A stretch of 64,000 bases of DNA from Octopus vulgaris (GCA_951406725.2 OX597824.1:46500001-46564000); one strand, 5' to 3'; shown: positions 1 through 12,664, numbered from the stretch's first letter. The notes: generated by a model from the sequence alone, not told the origin. A program made the numbers and translations.

Positions 1-369
1 GACGTTATAGGTGAGTAAGAAACGCCACCAATCAAGTTTAGATCTAAATAACTTTATTTTAGAAGCAAAATATATTTATATTTATACTTTATTATGAATA
101 TAGTTCTAGGGCACTTTTGATATATGTCACCGGTATCATTGAGGTAAGGAAAAACATATCAACGACACCGCTAATTAACACATTTGACATATTATTAATT
201 AGCATAATAGCATAGCCTGGAAAAAAACATGGATTACATGGAAAAATGCGAGCAAGAGAAATAATATTCTTAAGGTTCTTGCCCAAGATGTCACATTTTA
301 GGACTGAACTCAAGAGCACATGGTTAGGAAACAAGCTTCATTAGCACACTGAGTCACACCTGGGCTTCT

Positions 370-588
370 CAGGTGTGGCCGTGTGACAAGAAGCTTGCTT
401 CCCAGCCATATGTTTCCAGGTTCTGTTCTACTCCGTGACACCATGGGCAAGTGTTTTCTGCTATAACTTCGGACAGACCAAAACATTTTGGTAGACGGAA
501 AGTGATAGCCAGTTGTGTGTGTGTCTGTGTGTGTGTGTGTGTATGTGCGCGTGTGTCTTTTTGTCTGTGTTTGTCCCACCACCACCAT
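370..588 (+). mobile_element. tRNA-derived SINE family A (head plus internal GT microsatellite), partial
   Basis: gtggccgtgtgacaagaagcttgcttcccagcc...ggttct head, then gggcaagtgttttctgctata...ggtagacggaaa. Same motif order as the copies at 1745-2237 and 25361-25755. Confidence 0.75.
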
Positions 589-731
589 CGATCCCAGTGC
601 TCGACTGGTACTTTATTTTATCGACCTCGACAGGATGAAAGGCAAAGTCGACCCCGGCGAAATGTGAACTAAAACGGACGAAATGCCGCTAAGCATTTGC
701 TCGGCATGCTAACTATTCTGCCAGCTCACCT
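588..731 (-). mobile_element. SINE family B (conserved central domain), partial
   Basis: ctggtactttattttatcgacctcgacaggatgaaaggcaaagtcgacc...gaaatgccgctaagcat...tctgccagctcacc, a motif string that recurs many times in the window. Confidence 0.8.
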
Positions 732-769
732 AAAAAAAAAGATAAAGATAAAGATAAAGAGTCCTTCCG

Positions 770-963
770 GCGTGTGTATTTCCCGTTAGATGGGACGCTG
801 ATCCATCGGAGGATTACTAACTTTTTATCAGATGAGTGGACTGGAACAATGTGAAATAAATTGTTTTGCTTAAGAACACAGCACATCGCCCGGTCCCGGA
901 ATTGAAATCACAATCTTGCAATCATAAGCCCAACACCCTAACCATTAAGCCTCGGGTCTCCAC
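770..963 (-). mobile_element. tRNA-headed SINE (family D), degenerate
   Basis: Minus strand has a ggcttaatggttagggtgttgggctt...gtgatttcaattccggg A/B-box-like head. A related copy lies at about 1250-1450. Confidence 0.55.
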
Positions 964-984
964 TTTTCAGGTCATAATGTATTG

Positions 985-1207
985 GTTTCAAATTTTGGCA
1001 CAATGCCAGAAAGTTCGGGGGATGGGGTAAATCAATTACATCGATCCCAGTGCCTTTCATCCTTTCGGGCTCGATAAAATAAGCACTTATTTTATCGAGC
1101 TCGAAAGGATGAAAGGCAATATCGACCTTGGTGGAGTTTGAACTCAGAACGTAAAATCGGAGGAAATGCCTTTCGGTGTGCTAATGATTCTGTCAGCTGA
1201 CCACCTT
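985..1207 (-). mobile_element. SINE family B
   Basis: ggtttcaaattttggcacaa...gaaaggatgaaaggcaa...tttgaactcagaacgtaaa. Confidence 0.8.
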
Positions 1208-1491
1208 AAATATAATTTTAAAAAAGAAAAGAAAATGCATAAAGATCATTTCCGAGTCGTACGGCCGGTTTCCCTGTTTTCGTGACGCATATATTTCGCC
1301 CTACCTTCACTGGACGGGTTGCCGGATTACTAATTTTTGTCAGCTGAGTTTTACTCAAGAGTACAACACGTCGCCTACTTCAGGAATCCAAAACCACAGT
1401 CTTACGTTCTTCAGTCCAACTCCTCTAAACATAAAACCGCGTGCCTCCACTTTTCAGCTTCTAATATATTAATTGTATACAGCAAATAGCT

Positions 1492-2000
1492 ATGTCGCGA
1501 ACAACAGAAGCAAAAGAGGTCTGATTTTCAAAGAGGGCTTATTGTGGGTTAATCTGGAGAGTTGGGGGCGAACTTAGCCAGCGTAAGGTTGCACAAAGCC
1601 TTAGGATTCCTTTTGCTAGAGTCAATACAGTAATTGTACAATTGCTGGCATAGCAATGGAATCAACAGCATTCTACTCAGATCGTCCTAAGTTTTCTTAC
1701 AGGACCTTCATGCTGTCAACGGAATTTTCATTTTACTTTCATCTTCTATTCTTATATTTGTTTCAGTCATGTGACTGGAACACCGCCTTTAGTCGAACAA
1801 ATCGACCCCAGGACTTATTCTTTGTAAGCCTAGTACTTATTCTATCATTCTCTTTTGCCGAACCACTAAGTTACGGGGACGTAAACACACCAACGTTGGT
1901 TGTCAAGCGATGTTGGGAGAACAAACACAGACACACAAATATATACATATATGTTATGTATGTATATATGTATGTGTGTGTGTGTGTGTATGTATATATG

Positions 2001-2086
<86 letters not shown>

Positions 2087-2440
2087 ACGGGCTTCTTTCA
2101 GTTTCTGTCTACCAAATCCACTCATAATGATTTGGTCAGCCCGAGGCTATTGTAGAAGACACTTGCCCAATGTGCCACACAGTGGGATTGAACCCGGAAC
2201 CATGTGGTTGAGAAGCAAGCTTCTTACCACGCCTACACCTGTTGTTGAAAATAATCCCCGTTGTAAGGCAGCTGATATTGCAAGACAATTCCAAAAGTGT
2301 CGGAGTATTTCTGCGAGGCGTCTCCATCAACGTGGATACTGGAATGAAAATACTAATGGATTAACAAATTCGAAGAAAGCACCAGATAGTATTCGTACAG
2401 AAATATCACTAGAACGACTGGTGTCTACTTTTGAGATGCA
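1492..2440 (+). mobile_element. Degenerate Tc1-like transposase N-terminal (HTH) fragment interrupted by a SINE
   Basis: Translates with stops and frameshifts as SDFQRGLIVG..LSQRKVAQSLRIP..VNTVIVQ..SDRPKFS, and resumes after the SINE as VVENNPRCKAADIARQ..ARRLHQRGY. DFQRG-IVG also opens the Tc1 ORF at 53330. Confidence 0.6.
1745..2237 (-). mobile_element. SINE family A, near full length, with internal (TA)n/(TG)n tract
   Basis: ttgtttcagtcatgtgactgg...gacgtaaacacacc...microsatellite...gggcttctttcagtttc...gaacccggaaccatgtggttg...cttcttaccac. Confidence 0.85.
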
Positions 2441-2524
2441 TACATACATACATACATACATACATACATACATACATACATACATACATACATACATACA
2501 TACATGTGTATATATGTACGTAAG

Positions 2525-2569
<45 letters not shown>

Positions 2570-2852
2570 ATGTATATATATATATGTGTGTGTGTGTATA
2601 TTCGTATGTATATGTATGTATATATATATATATATATGTATATACATCGATAGGAGAATGAATTATCCTATGTTTATCGTCAACATGGAAAATTCGATGA
2701 ACCGATACCAGGGTAGCAAATTCTCGTCAGAAACACGGTTGAAGCTACCTGTCCTAGGGTAGAAACTCCGGGTTCATGTGCAGAAATTTGTGTGTTATAT
2801 ATGAATAAATAAATGAATGGAGTTGAACGAAGATGTTAACAAAATGTCTTTA

Positions 2853-2934
2853 CTCTCGACATATGTTTCGAAGACAACATGGTTTCATTCCAAAGGAATA
2901 AACGGTGCAAGATGCAATCTTCTCGTCAGGAAAG
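2853..2934 (-). ncRNA. Type I hammerhead ribozyme motif (PLE pseudo-LTR)
   Basis: Minus strand: CUUUC-CUGACGA-GAAGA-(43 nt)-UCUUC-GAAA-CAUAUG-UC/GAGAG. Catalytic core intact, palindromic short stem III. Confidence 0.75.
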
Positions 2935-3651
2935 AAAGGGGGCCTCTCTCAACAACAAGACAAACAAAAATTGCGATGACTGCCTACATGGTAAACAAAA
3001 CGATAATAAGTGTTTTAAAAAAACCGTTAGTAGAATTGACGTCAAAGTTAGATAGTAGGAAGAGAAGGGTTAAAGGAATAATAGGTAGGGAATGATTAAA
3101 AGAATGTTCAAAGGCTTAGGGAAGAATTTCGCTATTGAAGTGGAGTGCACGTTAAGCTAATTGTTCAAACCACAATGACTATCGAAGTCATTTATATGAG
3201 TAAAAAGTATGTTTCTGCAAGTGTTTACATTTGTACGATTTCTCTATGAGTGTGTTTACAAGGGGAACCTTAGAGAAGAGAATATGGAAGAGTTCAGAGT
3301 TGCAAATGTTACAAAATATTCTGCCCTTATCAAAGGGAAAGGATACAGACAGTATGAACCAATCTAACTTAAAATCTATATTATTGTCTTTAAGACGCCA
3401 AACTAATTTACTTAGCCCTGTACTATGTCATTTTTTACTATCTCTGAATATTGAATAATGGTTTGAAATTATCTTAGATAACTGGGAAGTGGACGCTCCT
3501 ATATAGAAGAAGACATCGGTACCGGAAGAAATTCTACACTGGTAAATAGAATTCTTAATCTTAGAATTACTAGACAAAAATTTAATTCTGTTGAGGTCGT
3601 CCTCCGAGATCGCAATTTTTGTTTGTCTTGTTGTTGAGAGAGGCCCCGTTT

Positions 3652-3733
3652 CTTTCCTGATGAGAAGATTGCATCTTGCACCGTTTATTCCTTTGGAATG
3701 AAACCATGTTGTCTTCGAAACATATGTCGAGAG
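3652..3733 (+). ncRNA. Type I hammerhead ribozyme motif (inverted copy)
   Basis: CTTTC-CTGATGA-GAAGA-(43 nt)-TCTTC-GAAA-CATATG-TC/GAGAG. Confidence 0.75.
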
Positions 3734-3824
3734 TAAAGGAATTTTGTTAACATCTTCGTTCAACTCCATTCATTTATTTATTCATATATATATATATATA
3801 TACACACATACATACATATATATG

Positions 3825-4275
3825 CAGGTATTGGACAAAATAATGGAAACACCTTAAAAATTTCAAGCAAATTTATTTTAATGTGGGGTGGGACCGTCTT
3901 TGGCAGTAATTACAACTTGAATTCAACGAGGTATGAACTCGTACAAAGTTTGAATTGTTTCCAAATGAATTTTTGTCTATTCTTAAGCTAAAACAGTCTC
4001 CAGTTCTTGTAGTGTTGATGGTGGAGGATATTGACTCCTTACTTGTTTTTTCTAAAATGCACCATAAATGTTCACTAATATTGAGATCCGGAGACTGTGG
4101 TGGCCAGATAAGTTGATCAACATCACAAGAATGTTCCTCATGCTTTGAATTGGTGCATTATCATCCTGAAAGACTGTCTTTCCCTCCGGAAACAGTTCCG
4201 CAAACATAGGGTGAATTTGATAAGATAAAATGCTTAAATAGTCTTGACTATTAATTCTGCCATGAAGGCAGATTT
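3825..4275 (-). mobile_element. Tc1-family transposon 3' half with terminal inverted repeat
   Basis: TIR caggtattggacaaaataatggaaacacc matches the reverse complement of the element end at 54391. Translates LHGRINSQDYLSILSYQIHP..FQDDNAPI..WPPQSPDLNISEHLW. Confidence 0.85.
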
Positions 4276-5880
4276 CATTTTTCGTTTCATTCAAGTATTT
4301 GTCGCCCTTTTCGAATAATAATATTTTGTTCCTCTATCCCCACAAATAGATGCAACACGAAGATGAAAAAAAGAAACAAATAAAAACTAGAAAAGTTAAG
4401 ATAAGAAAGAGACAACAACAAGGAACGTATGTAGAGATTTTATAGTCATTAAGTTTCATGTGCATTTTTTTATTGTTTTCTTTTTATTTATCTCTTACAG
4501 TTGCTGATCGCTCTCTTGTGCGACGGAAAGCTGAGATGTCGAGTGAATAGACCAAAGTTTTACAGAAACTAAAACAAAATTATATTATCAGAATAATACT
4601 CAATCAAATGAAAAAAAGCAAAAATAGAGAACATTTTGTTATATTTTTTTTATATAACAGCTTATCTAACTTCTGTCAATTCTCACGCACAAAACTCATT
4701 TCCAAAATACTTGTCTCATCTAGAAGCCATATTTATCAGATTTGATAACAGTTCAGATTGATTGGTAACAATCCTAGGGTGAGGAGGAAAAAAAAGGACA
4801 AAACATAGTGAAATAAATAAATAAATTTCAGCATTTTTTAACTGTCGTTCATGCTTTCGTTCTTTTCTTTCTCTCTTTTTTCTTTCTCTATTGTTCTGTA
4901 ATCATTGTAGCTTACTATTTTTATCGACGGAAGGTTTAGGGCGAGGTTTTTTTTAAGAAAATAAAGATCATGAGATAGCGCTGCTTTAGGCACACACGAG
5001 AACAGATTAACCAAATGTATATGTCTTTGTGTGTGTGTGTGTTTTGATGAGCTGAATGCCTATAATTAAGTTTCGGTTACACGCTCGTTGATACAACAAT
5101 TTGATCTGTGTGTATGTGTACCCTGTAGATCAAGCTGCCATCTGAACGATAGTGCAAGCACAAAACACAAGTCACGGCACACGGCTCAGCTGGATAAATA
5201 TAGAAATACAGCCATACTCTATATTATGTGTAGAGTACTTTTACCCTTGTTCTTCACAATATGGAGACATACCTTACATTACATTACATACTATCTTCAT
5301 TAGTACTTAATTAGTATAAATTTCGCTGAGTTGCATTAAATGTTGAGTATATATGTGTGTATTATCTTCATGTAATACATACATTTATAATGCATACATG
5401 CAATACACACATACATACTCAACGTTATATGCAACTCTACAAAATTTGTACTAATTGTGAAATAATAATATTAACATAAACATTATTGCTGTTTATATCG
5501 CTATTGTTGTTGTCGTTATGATAGTAGTAGTTGCATTGGTGGTAGTTATATGTTTTCCGTTCAGTTTCAAATATTGGTTTTCTTTCTTTCCCTTCTATTT
5601 CTATAGTTTTCTATTTAAGAAAATGCTACAATCGGAAAAATTGTTTTTGTCAACGAAGAAGAATTAGGAACGCCAAGAAATTCTAACCTATAACTGTTTG
5701 TTTAATAGCTTATAATTTTATCATTGTATTTTTTTTATCATTGTATTTTTAAAAATATATTTACTATACAGCTCTTCTTTTACATTATTCGTCCTTCAAC
5801 CTTCAGTTTTTAAAATAATATATTCCACGGAAAAAAAAAACAAAAAAATGTTCTTGCTCGTTTTATTTCGGATTACTTTC

Positions 5881-6840
5881 TCAACGTGGATGTACACTAA
5901 TGGTAACCATTGGACGGTTGGCACTGTCAGTTATGGTAAACTGAGATTCTTTGGTCACAACAACTTTCTTAACATCAGAACTTTGTGTTACGGCGTAGGA
6001 TTGGCGGGGTAAGGGTTTTAGTGGTGCTTCTATCGTGAGTTTGCCATCTTCAGCCAGAAAAGCATTAACACTCATTGGATCCACAGATTCTGGTAGTTCG
6101 TATTCTTTGTTGAATTCTTTATGCATGGTCCTTCCTTCTCTCTTCTCTTCATGACGAGCTGAAACGACTAATTTCCGGTCCATGGTTTTAACAACTACCT
6201 CTTCTGGTTTGAATTCGCCAATGTCTACTTGAAGCTGCAGTTTCCTGGAACCGTCTGGTTCTGTAATTATTGGGTTCTGCACGGATGTCTTGTGCGATAT
6301 GCTGGGAACATTTTCACATTTTATTGGTAGAAACGTTGCTTCCTTAAAAGGAGATTGCTGATGTGTCGGTCCTTCCACTGTAAGAATACCGTCTTTACTG
6401 ACGACGCAGGTTATTTTATCTTGATCAACATCCCAAGGAATATCTATCTGTCGACTGTATTCACGACTGAATGTGGAATTACCTTTCTTTTCTTCATTTT
6501 TTCCATGAATTACAATTCTGTTGTCTTGAATTTTGACTTGTATTTCCTCAGGACTGAAGTCAGAGACGTCAAAGCAAATTTTCAGTTTCCTGATACCTTG
6601 ACTGTCGACTTCGTACAGACTCCTGAATCCTTCAACCTTGGAGAACTTATCTACGCTTGTCGCATCAGTCGGAGTTAAGGTGAAGAAGTCTTCTTTCATT
6701 TTCTGGAAATCTTTCTCCCATTGAGAGCGTTTTTCGGTTACCTGGGTTTCTATACTATTCCACGCTTTCCTTTGGCGGTCCTCAAAAGTTAAACTATCTT
6801 TTTTTACTGGAATATGAACTTCAGTGCGATAGTGAGCCAT
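5881..6840 (-). CDS. Small heat-shock protein (HSP20/alpha-crystallin family) with two tandem ACDs; p40/major egg antigen-like, 319 aa
   Basis: Long uninterrupted non-repetitive ORF. ACD1 LKICFDVSDFSPEEIQVKIQDNRIVIHGKNEEK..FSREYSRQIDIPWDVDQDKITCVVSKDGILTVEGP. ACD2 LQLQVDIGEFKPEEVVVKTMDRKLVVSARHEEK..HKEFNKEYELPESVDPMSVNAFLAEDGKLTIEAP. Start ATG at 6840 in gccATGG Kozak context, stop TGA at 5883-5881. Confidence 0.93.
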   Translation of the reverse strand: MAHYRTEVHIPVKKDSLTFEDRQRKAWNSIETQVTEKRSQWEKDFQKMKEDFFTLTPTDATSVDKFSKVEGFRSLYEVDSQGIRKLKICFDVSDFSPEEIQVKIQDNRIVIHGKNEEKKGNSTFSREYSRQIDIPWDVDQDKITCVVSKDGILTVEGPTHQQSPFKEATFLPIKCENVPSISHKTSVQNPIITEPDGSRKLQLQVDIGEFKPEEVVVKTMDRKLVVSARHEEKREGRTMHKEFNKEYELPESVDPMSVNAFLAEDGKLTIEAPLKPLPRQSYAVTQSSDVKKVVVTKESQFTITDSANRPMVTISVHPR

Positions 6841-6884
6841 GGCGCTTCTGTTTTCGTCTCTGGCTGTTGGTACCTCCCTGAATA

Positions 6885-6907
6885 CCTGCAAATATAAAAT
6901 AAAAACG
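6885..6907 (-). other. 3' splice acceptor of the sHSP coding exon (exon starts at 6885)
   Basis: Minus strand ttttattttatatttgcag|GTATTC: pyrimidine-rich tract plus CAG, 45 nt upstream of the ATG. Confidence 0.75.
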
Positions 6908-7806
6908 TTCAAAATATACTGTTGCTATCAATTTTTTGGGTAAATCGAAGTTTTAGAAATATATTAAAAAAACAAAAATTAAGTACACTTTGTAAAACAT
7001 TCACGAAAGTGTTCACAGTTAATAACAATATTTACGGCTAAAGTAAACGTTGAAGATTTATAAAATTAACAAAACCGTCAACAATGCTATGGATAGTAAT
7101 TTCTTAAAAACATATAATTATATATATTTTAGCCTATATATGAGTTGATATACACCTTTTATTCAATTAATGAAACATAATTATCAAGACATTATAATTA
7201 GATTATCAACTTGAATTTTTCATATTTAAAAAAAAAATATTTTATTATTTTGGTAATAAATCTAGCTATTTCTCGAAGCATATTTTATGAGAGTAGACAT
7301 ACGCATATATACACACATATAGACACACATATAGACACACATATATACACACATATAGACGCATATATACACACGTATATATACACACACATATATACAC
7401 TCGTTTATTGCGACAAGATTTGAAGACAGGATGTAAAGAGTTGGAACTACAACAAAGCATTTTTTCCCCGATACTCAAACGACTCTACCAGTTTGCCGCA
7501 TTCTGGGGACATGAAAATAATAAAATTATGCTAAAATATATCATTACCTTCCCTCAATAGTTTTTTTTGTTATACTTTTACGCAAAGTGCACCCTAATAT
7601 TCTTGAATTTTTAGATTCATCTCCATTTGATAAAGTTCCTATATTCCCTCAACTCACATCATATCGCTTTGATAACACACACACAGACACACACACAGAC
7701 ACACACACAGACACACACACAGATATATATATATATATATATGTATACATAAATGCATACATGTACATACATATATACATACACACACACACGCACTTAT
7801 ATTTTT

Positions 7807-8163
7807 GTGGCACTCCGTCGGTTACGACGACGAGGGTTCCAGTTGATCTGATCAACGGAACACCCTGCTCGTGAAATTAACGTGCAAGTGGCTGAGCACT
7901 CCACAGACACGTGTACCCTTAACGTAGTTCAGAGTCTGACAAGGCTGGCCCTTTGAAATACAGGTACAACAGAAAAAGGAAGAAAGAGTGAGAGAAATTG
8001 TGGTGAAAGAGTACAGCAGGATTCGTCCCCCACCCCTGCCGGAGCTTCGTAGAACTTTAGGTGTTTTCGCTGAATAATCACTCACAACGCCCGGTCTGGA
8101 AATCGAAACCGCGATCCTACGACCACGAGTCAGGTGCCCTAACCACTAGGCCATTGCGCCTCC
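7807..8163 (-). mobile_element. tRNA-derived SINE family C
   Basis: Minus strand ggcgcaatggcctagtggttagggcacctgactcgtggtcgtaggatcgcggtttcgatttcc (A and B boxes), body ending gacggagtgccaca. Copy at 21907. Confidence 0.9.
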
Positions 8164-8273
8164 ACTACACACATATATGCACGTACACAAACTAATAAAC
8201 TTATGTCTCTTGATTTTTATAACTTTGCATGTACACACATATACATGCATACATACATACATACATACATACT

Positions 8274-8373
<100 letters not shown>

Positions 8374-8439
8374 TACACACACACACACACACATACACAC
8401 ACACACACACGCACGGACACATATATAAGTTTATGCATT

Positions 8440-8700
8440 TGTTTTGCAAGATTCCTGATGTGAAATCGTGTGTTGAAATAGATTTTGTTATATTTCGGGA
8501 TGGTCAATTTTTTTTCTTGTCAAATAAGCACACTCACTATTTATTTGTTCCTCATTCGCTTATTATTGTTCTTATTTTATCTCATGTCAACTATTCTGAA
8601 ATTTTTCGTCACACACCTGTGACCTTTTCACCGAAAATTTCCGTAAGCAAACACCTACACCAATGCAACACACATAATTAAAAAACTGTAGTAACAATCT
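8440..8700 (-). mobile_element. PLE-type terminal repeat with decayed hammerhead motif
   Basis: Tail ...atttcaacacacgatttcacatcaggaatcttgcaaaa is shared with 17630-17700 and 47267-47345. Minus strand 8636-8594 reads GTGAAAAG-GTCAC..GTGAC-GAAA-AATT-TC-AGAA. Confidence 0.5.
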
Positions 8701-9039
8701 TCCATGCGGGTTTTGAAACCGTAGCTCCAAATCACCATACGATAACACCATACAAACACCAGTTGCTGATGTCACCTAACTCTAGACCAATGAAGCTCTT
8801 TACCTCCGATCAAAATCGAACTGCAGCAAATACAACAAAATGACCCTTTAAGAGAATCAGGCAACTGGAACAGCTGATGACCGTTCCCCATAGGGAAGTC
8901 AACCAGGCAGAACGACAAACATGACCACCAGAAAAATAAGACGTCACCAGTACTTTAACGAATTAAAAATCAGATTCGTTCGCAGAAAAATTTATAAATA
9001 CACCGGATTCCAAAAACGCATTTTCAACTACAAATTTTC

Positions 9040-9126
<87 letters not shown>

Positions 9127-9872
9127 TACACACATATATATATAGGAAGAAATAAGTTAAAAAAGAACAATTCTAACTTTTTGAGAGGTCCAAAAAGAGA
9201 AGAGAAAATATGATTTCAAATTAAAATTCATCATATTCATAAAAACATTCAGCGCAAGTAATAAGAAAGAGAAAATAGTAGTTGAAAAATACTGTTATAG
9301 GTATAAATATACCATAAACAATTATATAAAAATGGAGGAGAAAAAGATGTTGCATCAAAATTAAATTTAATACAAATTTAGATTCATTACATACGCGCGT
9401 TTCAAAGGACAATACAAATATGTAAGAAAAGAAATTAGGAATTATAATTAAATTTATGCATTGTCATTCTCATTAGTGTGAAGAATTTTTGGAAGGACAT
9501 CAAAAAAGGTTTAATAAAATAAAGTAAATTAAAATAAGATACAATAAGGGAGAATACAAAAGAGATAATAGGAAAAATCGGGTATTTACAAGCAAGTTGT
9601 AAAAGGGAAAAAATAACAGTAATAATAATAGTGAGAGAGACGAAAGAGAAAAAAGACAGACATATCAATGTGTATGCACGTCTATATGTGCAGTAAACTG
9701 TAACATAAAAATAAGAATAAAAATTTAACGGACATGTTTAAAAAGTTATAACAAGTCGAGACGAAGTATAATGTAAACAGGGCAACATGTGCATAATAGA
9801 ATATAACGTAACAAGTGTAATATCAGAAAAAAGCATAGAGAGTTATACATATTCTTATTAATATTGAAAAAC

Positions 9873-9946
<74 letters not shown>

Positions 9947-10779
9947 CACGAGGCTAAAAGTGATAGGCAAGGTTATGTTTGAAAAAAATTACAATATTTA
10001 AGTAAAAAATGTACATACAAGCAGAGAAAAACGAGAAAGAATTTAACAAGGAAAAAACTTCGATCACTGACAAGACCGGCCGGTGTGTCAAGAGAGCTAC
10101 CTTACTCAAAAAATAGCCCGGGGTAGGAGAGACAATCAGAAAAAATAGGAACAATAACGATTATATGAAGGAGAAAATTATTATAAAATTACAAGTGATA
10201 AAAAAACGTATACACTTAACACATAAGGATATAGTCATACACACATACACAACACACACGTATAGACACAAAAAAAAGCGTGTGTATATATGCGTATGTC
10301 TACTCTCATAAAATAACTATCTGTGTAACACGTTTAATGTAGGTACATCATGGGAAGCCAGATTAACTGCGGGCGATTTTCTCAGTCAGCATCCTCGCGA
10401 ATGCCATCTAATAGAATGCATAGAACAGTTCCCCTTATAGAGAACTGTTCCACACACAAACTGAAATTCCACAGGTAGTTGTTTATTTATGAAGTATAAT
10501 ACCACAAGTCGAAGAATAGAGGTAACGGTATTAATGTTATTCTTTCATTACAATAGTTTCAACACGGGTTCAGATACATCAGGAATTTAAATGATTGTGT
10601 AATATTACAACATATCCATGTTCATCCCGTCAGACGAAGGTAAAAGAAGTAATACTTCGGTCACATGTAATATGTTGTAATATAAAGTCAATTATATTCA
10701 TGATTTGCTTGAACCGTGTATGGCCGAGAGGGTCCTATCGAAAGAATAAATTGAATATCACCACTTTCATTCTTGGACT

Positions 10780-10830
<51 letters not shown>

Positions 10831-11444
10831 CATATGGTTACACACGCGCACTTACACGCACACACACACACATACACATATACATATATACATATATACC
10901 ATACATACATACATACATACATACATACATACATACATACAAATTGTACATGCTTACTGATAGGTAGACGGATTGATAAAACTACAGTGTCCAATATTCC
11001 AAACAGTCTGCTTGATTTAGTTATAAGCGTAATAGAGGTAGCTATAAAGGTAATTTTTTACAGTTGTTTTAAAATGTATATCTGATTGATGATGAAAATA
11101 TATGTATAATCTATAATCAACGGCGTCCAGTCGGTTCCTCATTTCCTCTTCAAGATGTCGTTGTATAATAAATTTGAGAGGCGTTTACGACTGTCACACA
11201 TATCCAGCAAATTCTGTTAATTTACGAACCGAATCATAACAACTAGTTCCCTTGATATAAATAATTATTTAAAATGAAATTTTAGCATTGTCATACCCTG
11301 CCATTCTGTCTTCCAGAAATGGCCATTTAGAAAATGACAGGAAGGAGAATCCGGCTTCTTCCTCTTTCTTACCCCACGAATTTGTGGTATATAAACGCAG
11401 GGTATTTATAGCTGTCTATACATACAGTGTTGGGTTGAAAATGT

Positions 11445-11900
11445 ATGTATGGCTGTGTAGCAAGAGGATTGATTCACAACAACATGGTTTCGAGTTCAGC
11501 TCCTTTGATAAGCACCTTCTACTAAGGTCCCGAACTGATCAAAGTTTTGTAAGTGGATTTGGTAGACAGAAACCGAAAGAAGTTTATTGCATGTGAATGT
11601 ATGTATGTATGTATGTATGTATGTATGTATGTATGTATGTATGTATGTTTGTAGGTAGGTAGGTAGGTAGGTAGGTAGGTGTCTGAGTTAGCGTCTGTCT
11701 TCCACCAGACAACCAGTGTTGGTTGGCAATTGGAGTTGGTTTCTTTATACCTCTTAACTTAGCGGTTCGGCCAATGACAAACGACTGAATAACAGCCAGA
11801 GTTTAAAAATAACAACTGGGGTGGATTTCTTTGGCTAAAATCCTTTAAGGTGACGCCAAAGCATGGCCACAGTTCAATGACTGAAATAAGTAAAAACATG
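11445..11900 (+). mobile_element. SINE family A, degenerate
   Basis: gtatggctgtgtagcaag...ggatttggtagacagaaaccgaaagaag...cttagcggttcggcc...gcatggccacagttcaatgactgaaataagtaaaa. Confidence 0.75.
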
Positions 11901-11982
11901 AAAGATTAGAGTAGGACAGTGTAGCTTTGGAACAAAAAGCTGCTGGCACACAAGTTATAAATACATGTAAACGTACACGCAT

Positions 11983-12047
<65 letters not shown>

Positions 12048-12175
12048 TGTATTTATGAATGTGTGCATACATATGTATATGTATGTATACATATATACAA
12101 GATGCTATGCAGTGGAATTGAACCTGGAAACACATAGTTATGAAGCGGGCTTCTTAACCACATAGGTATACATAC

Positions 12176-12231
<56 letters not shown>

Positions 12232-12270
12232 GTATATATATATATCTACATATATATATGTATATACATA

Positions 12271-12379
<109 letters not shown>

Positions 12380-12454
12380 TAAGTATGTATGTATGTATGT
12401 ATGTATGTATGTATGTATGTATATATCTACAAGAGTATGTAAGTACAAGCGTAA

Positions 12455-12664
12455 AGAGAGAGACGGAACAGAAAAAAGGAAAATGCCCCTTGTATTTGAA
12501 GACTATGGAAATATTTTGAAATTACATTTCATTTAATTTTTCTACAATTTAATTGTTTTTCATACTTTACTCTAAGTTGAAAAAGTCGCAAAAACTGAAA
12601 CCGGTACTAAAATGTTCTCCATGGTAAAGTTATTTTAGCATTTTCTACCTTGTCTTATTTTTCT

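Larger units (their letters stand above)
2797..3790 (-). mobile_element. Penelope-like element (PLE) fragment with GIY-YIG endonuclease C-terminus and inverted pseudo-LTRs
   Basis: About 180 bp inverted arms at 2797-2977 and 3609-3790. Minus strand 3570-3188 reads NSIYQCRISSGTDVFFYIGASTSQLSKIISNHYSIF..*HSTGLSKLVWRLKDNNIDFKLDWFIL..CNICNSEL..VNTLIEKSYKCKH, a Penelope-type GIY-YIG domain with one in-frame stop. (TA)n on the right flank. Confidence 0.85.

Noticed and set aside
1656-2762. 368-aa ORF
   Set aside because: Chance read-through of a Tc1 relic, a SINE and microsatellites (YIYI/HTYI runs). Not a gene.
2735-2782. Hammerhead-like GGTAGAAACTCCGGGTTC
   Set aside because: No convincing CUGANGA box or stem I.
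6841-6912. N-terminal extension of the sHSP ORF (MNVFILYLQ..)
   Set aside because: It starts at a non-ATG codon inside the intron pyrimidine tract. The likely start is the Kozak ATG at 6840, though an in-frame upstream coding exon cannot be excluded.
9385-9410. Minus-strand GAAACGCGCGTA (hammerhead 3' half)
   Set aside because: No upstream core or stem II found nearby.
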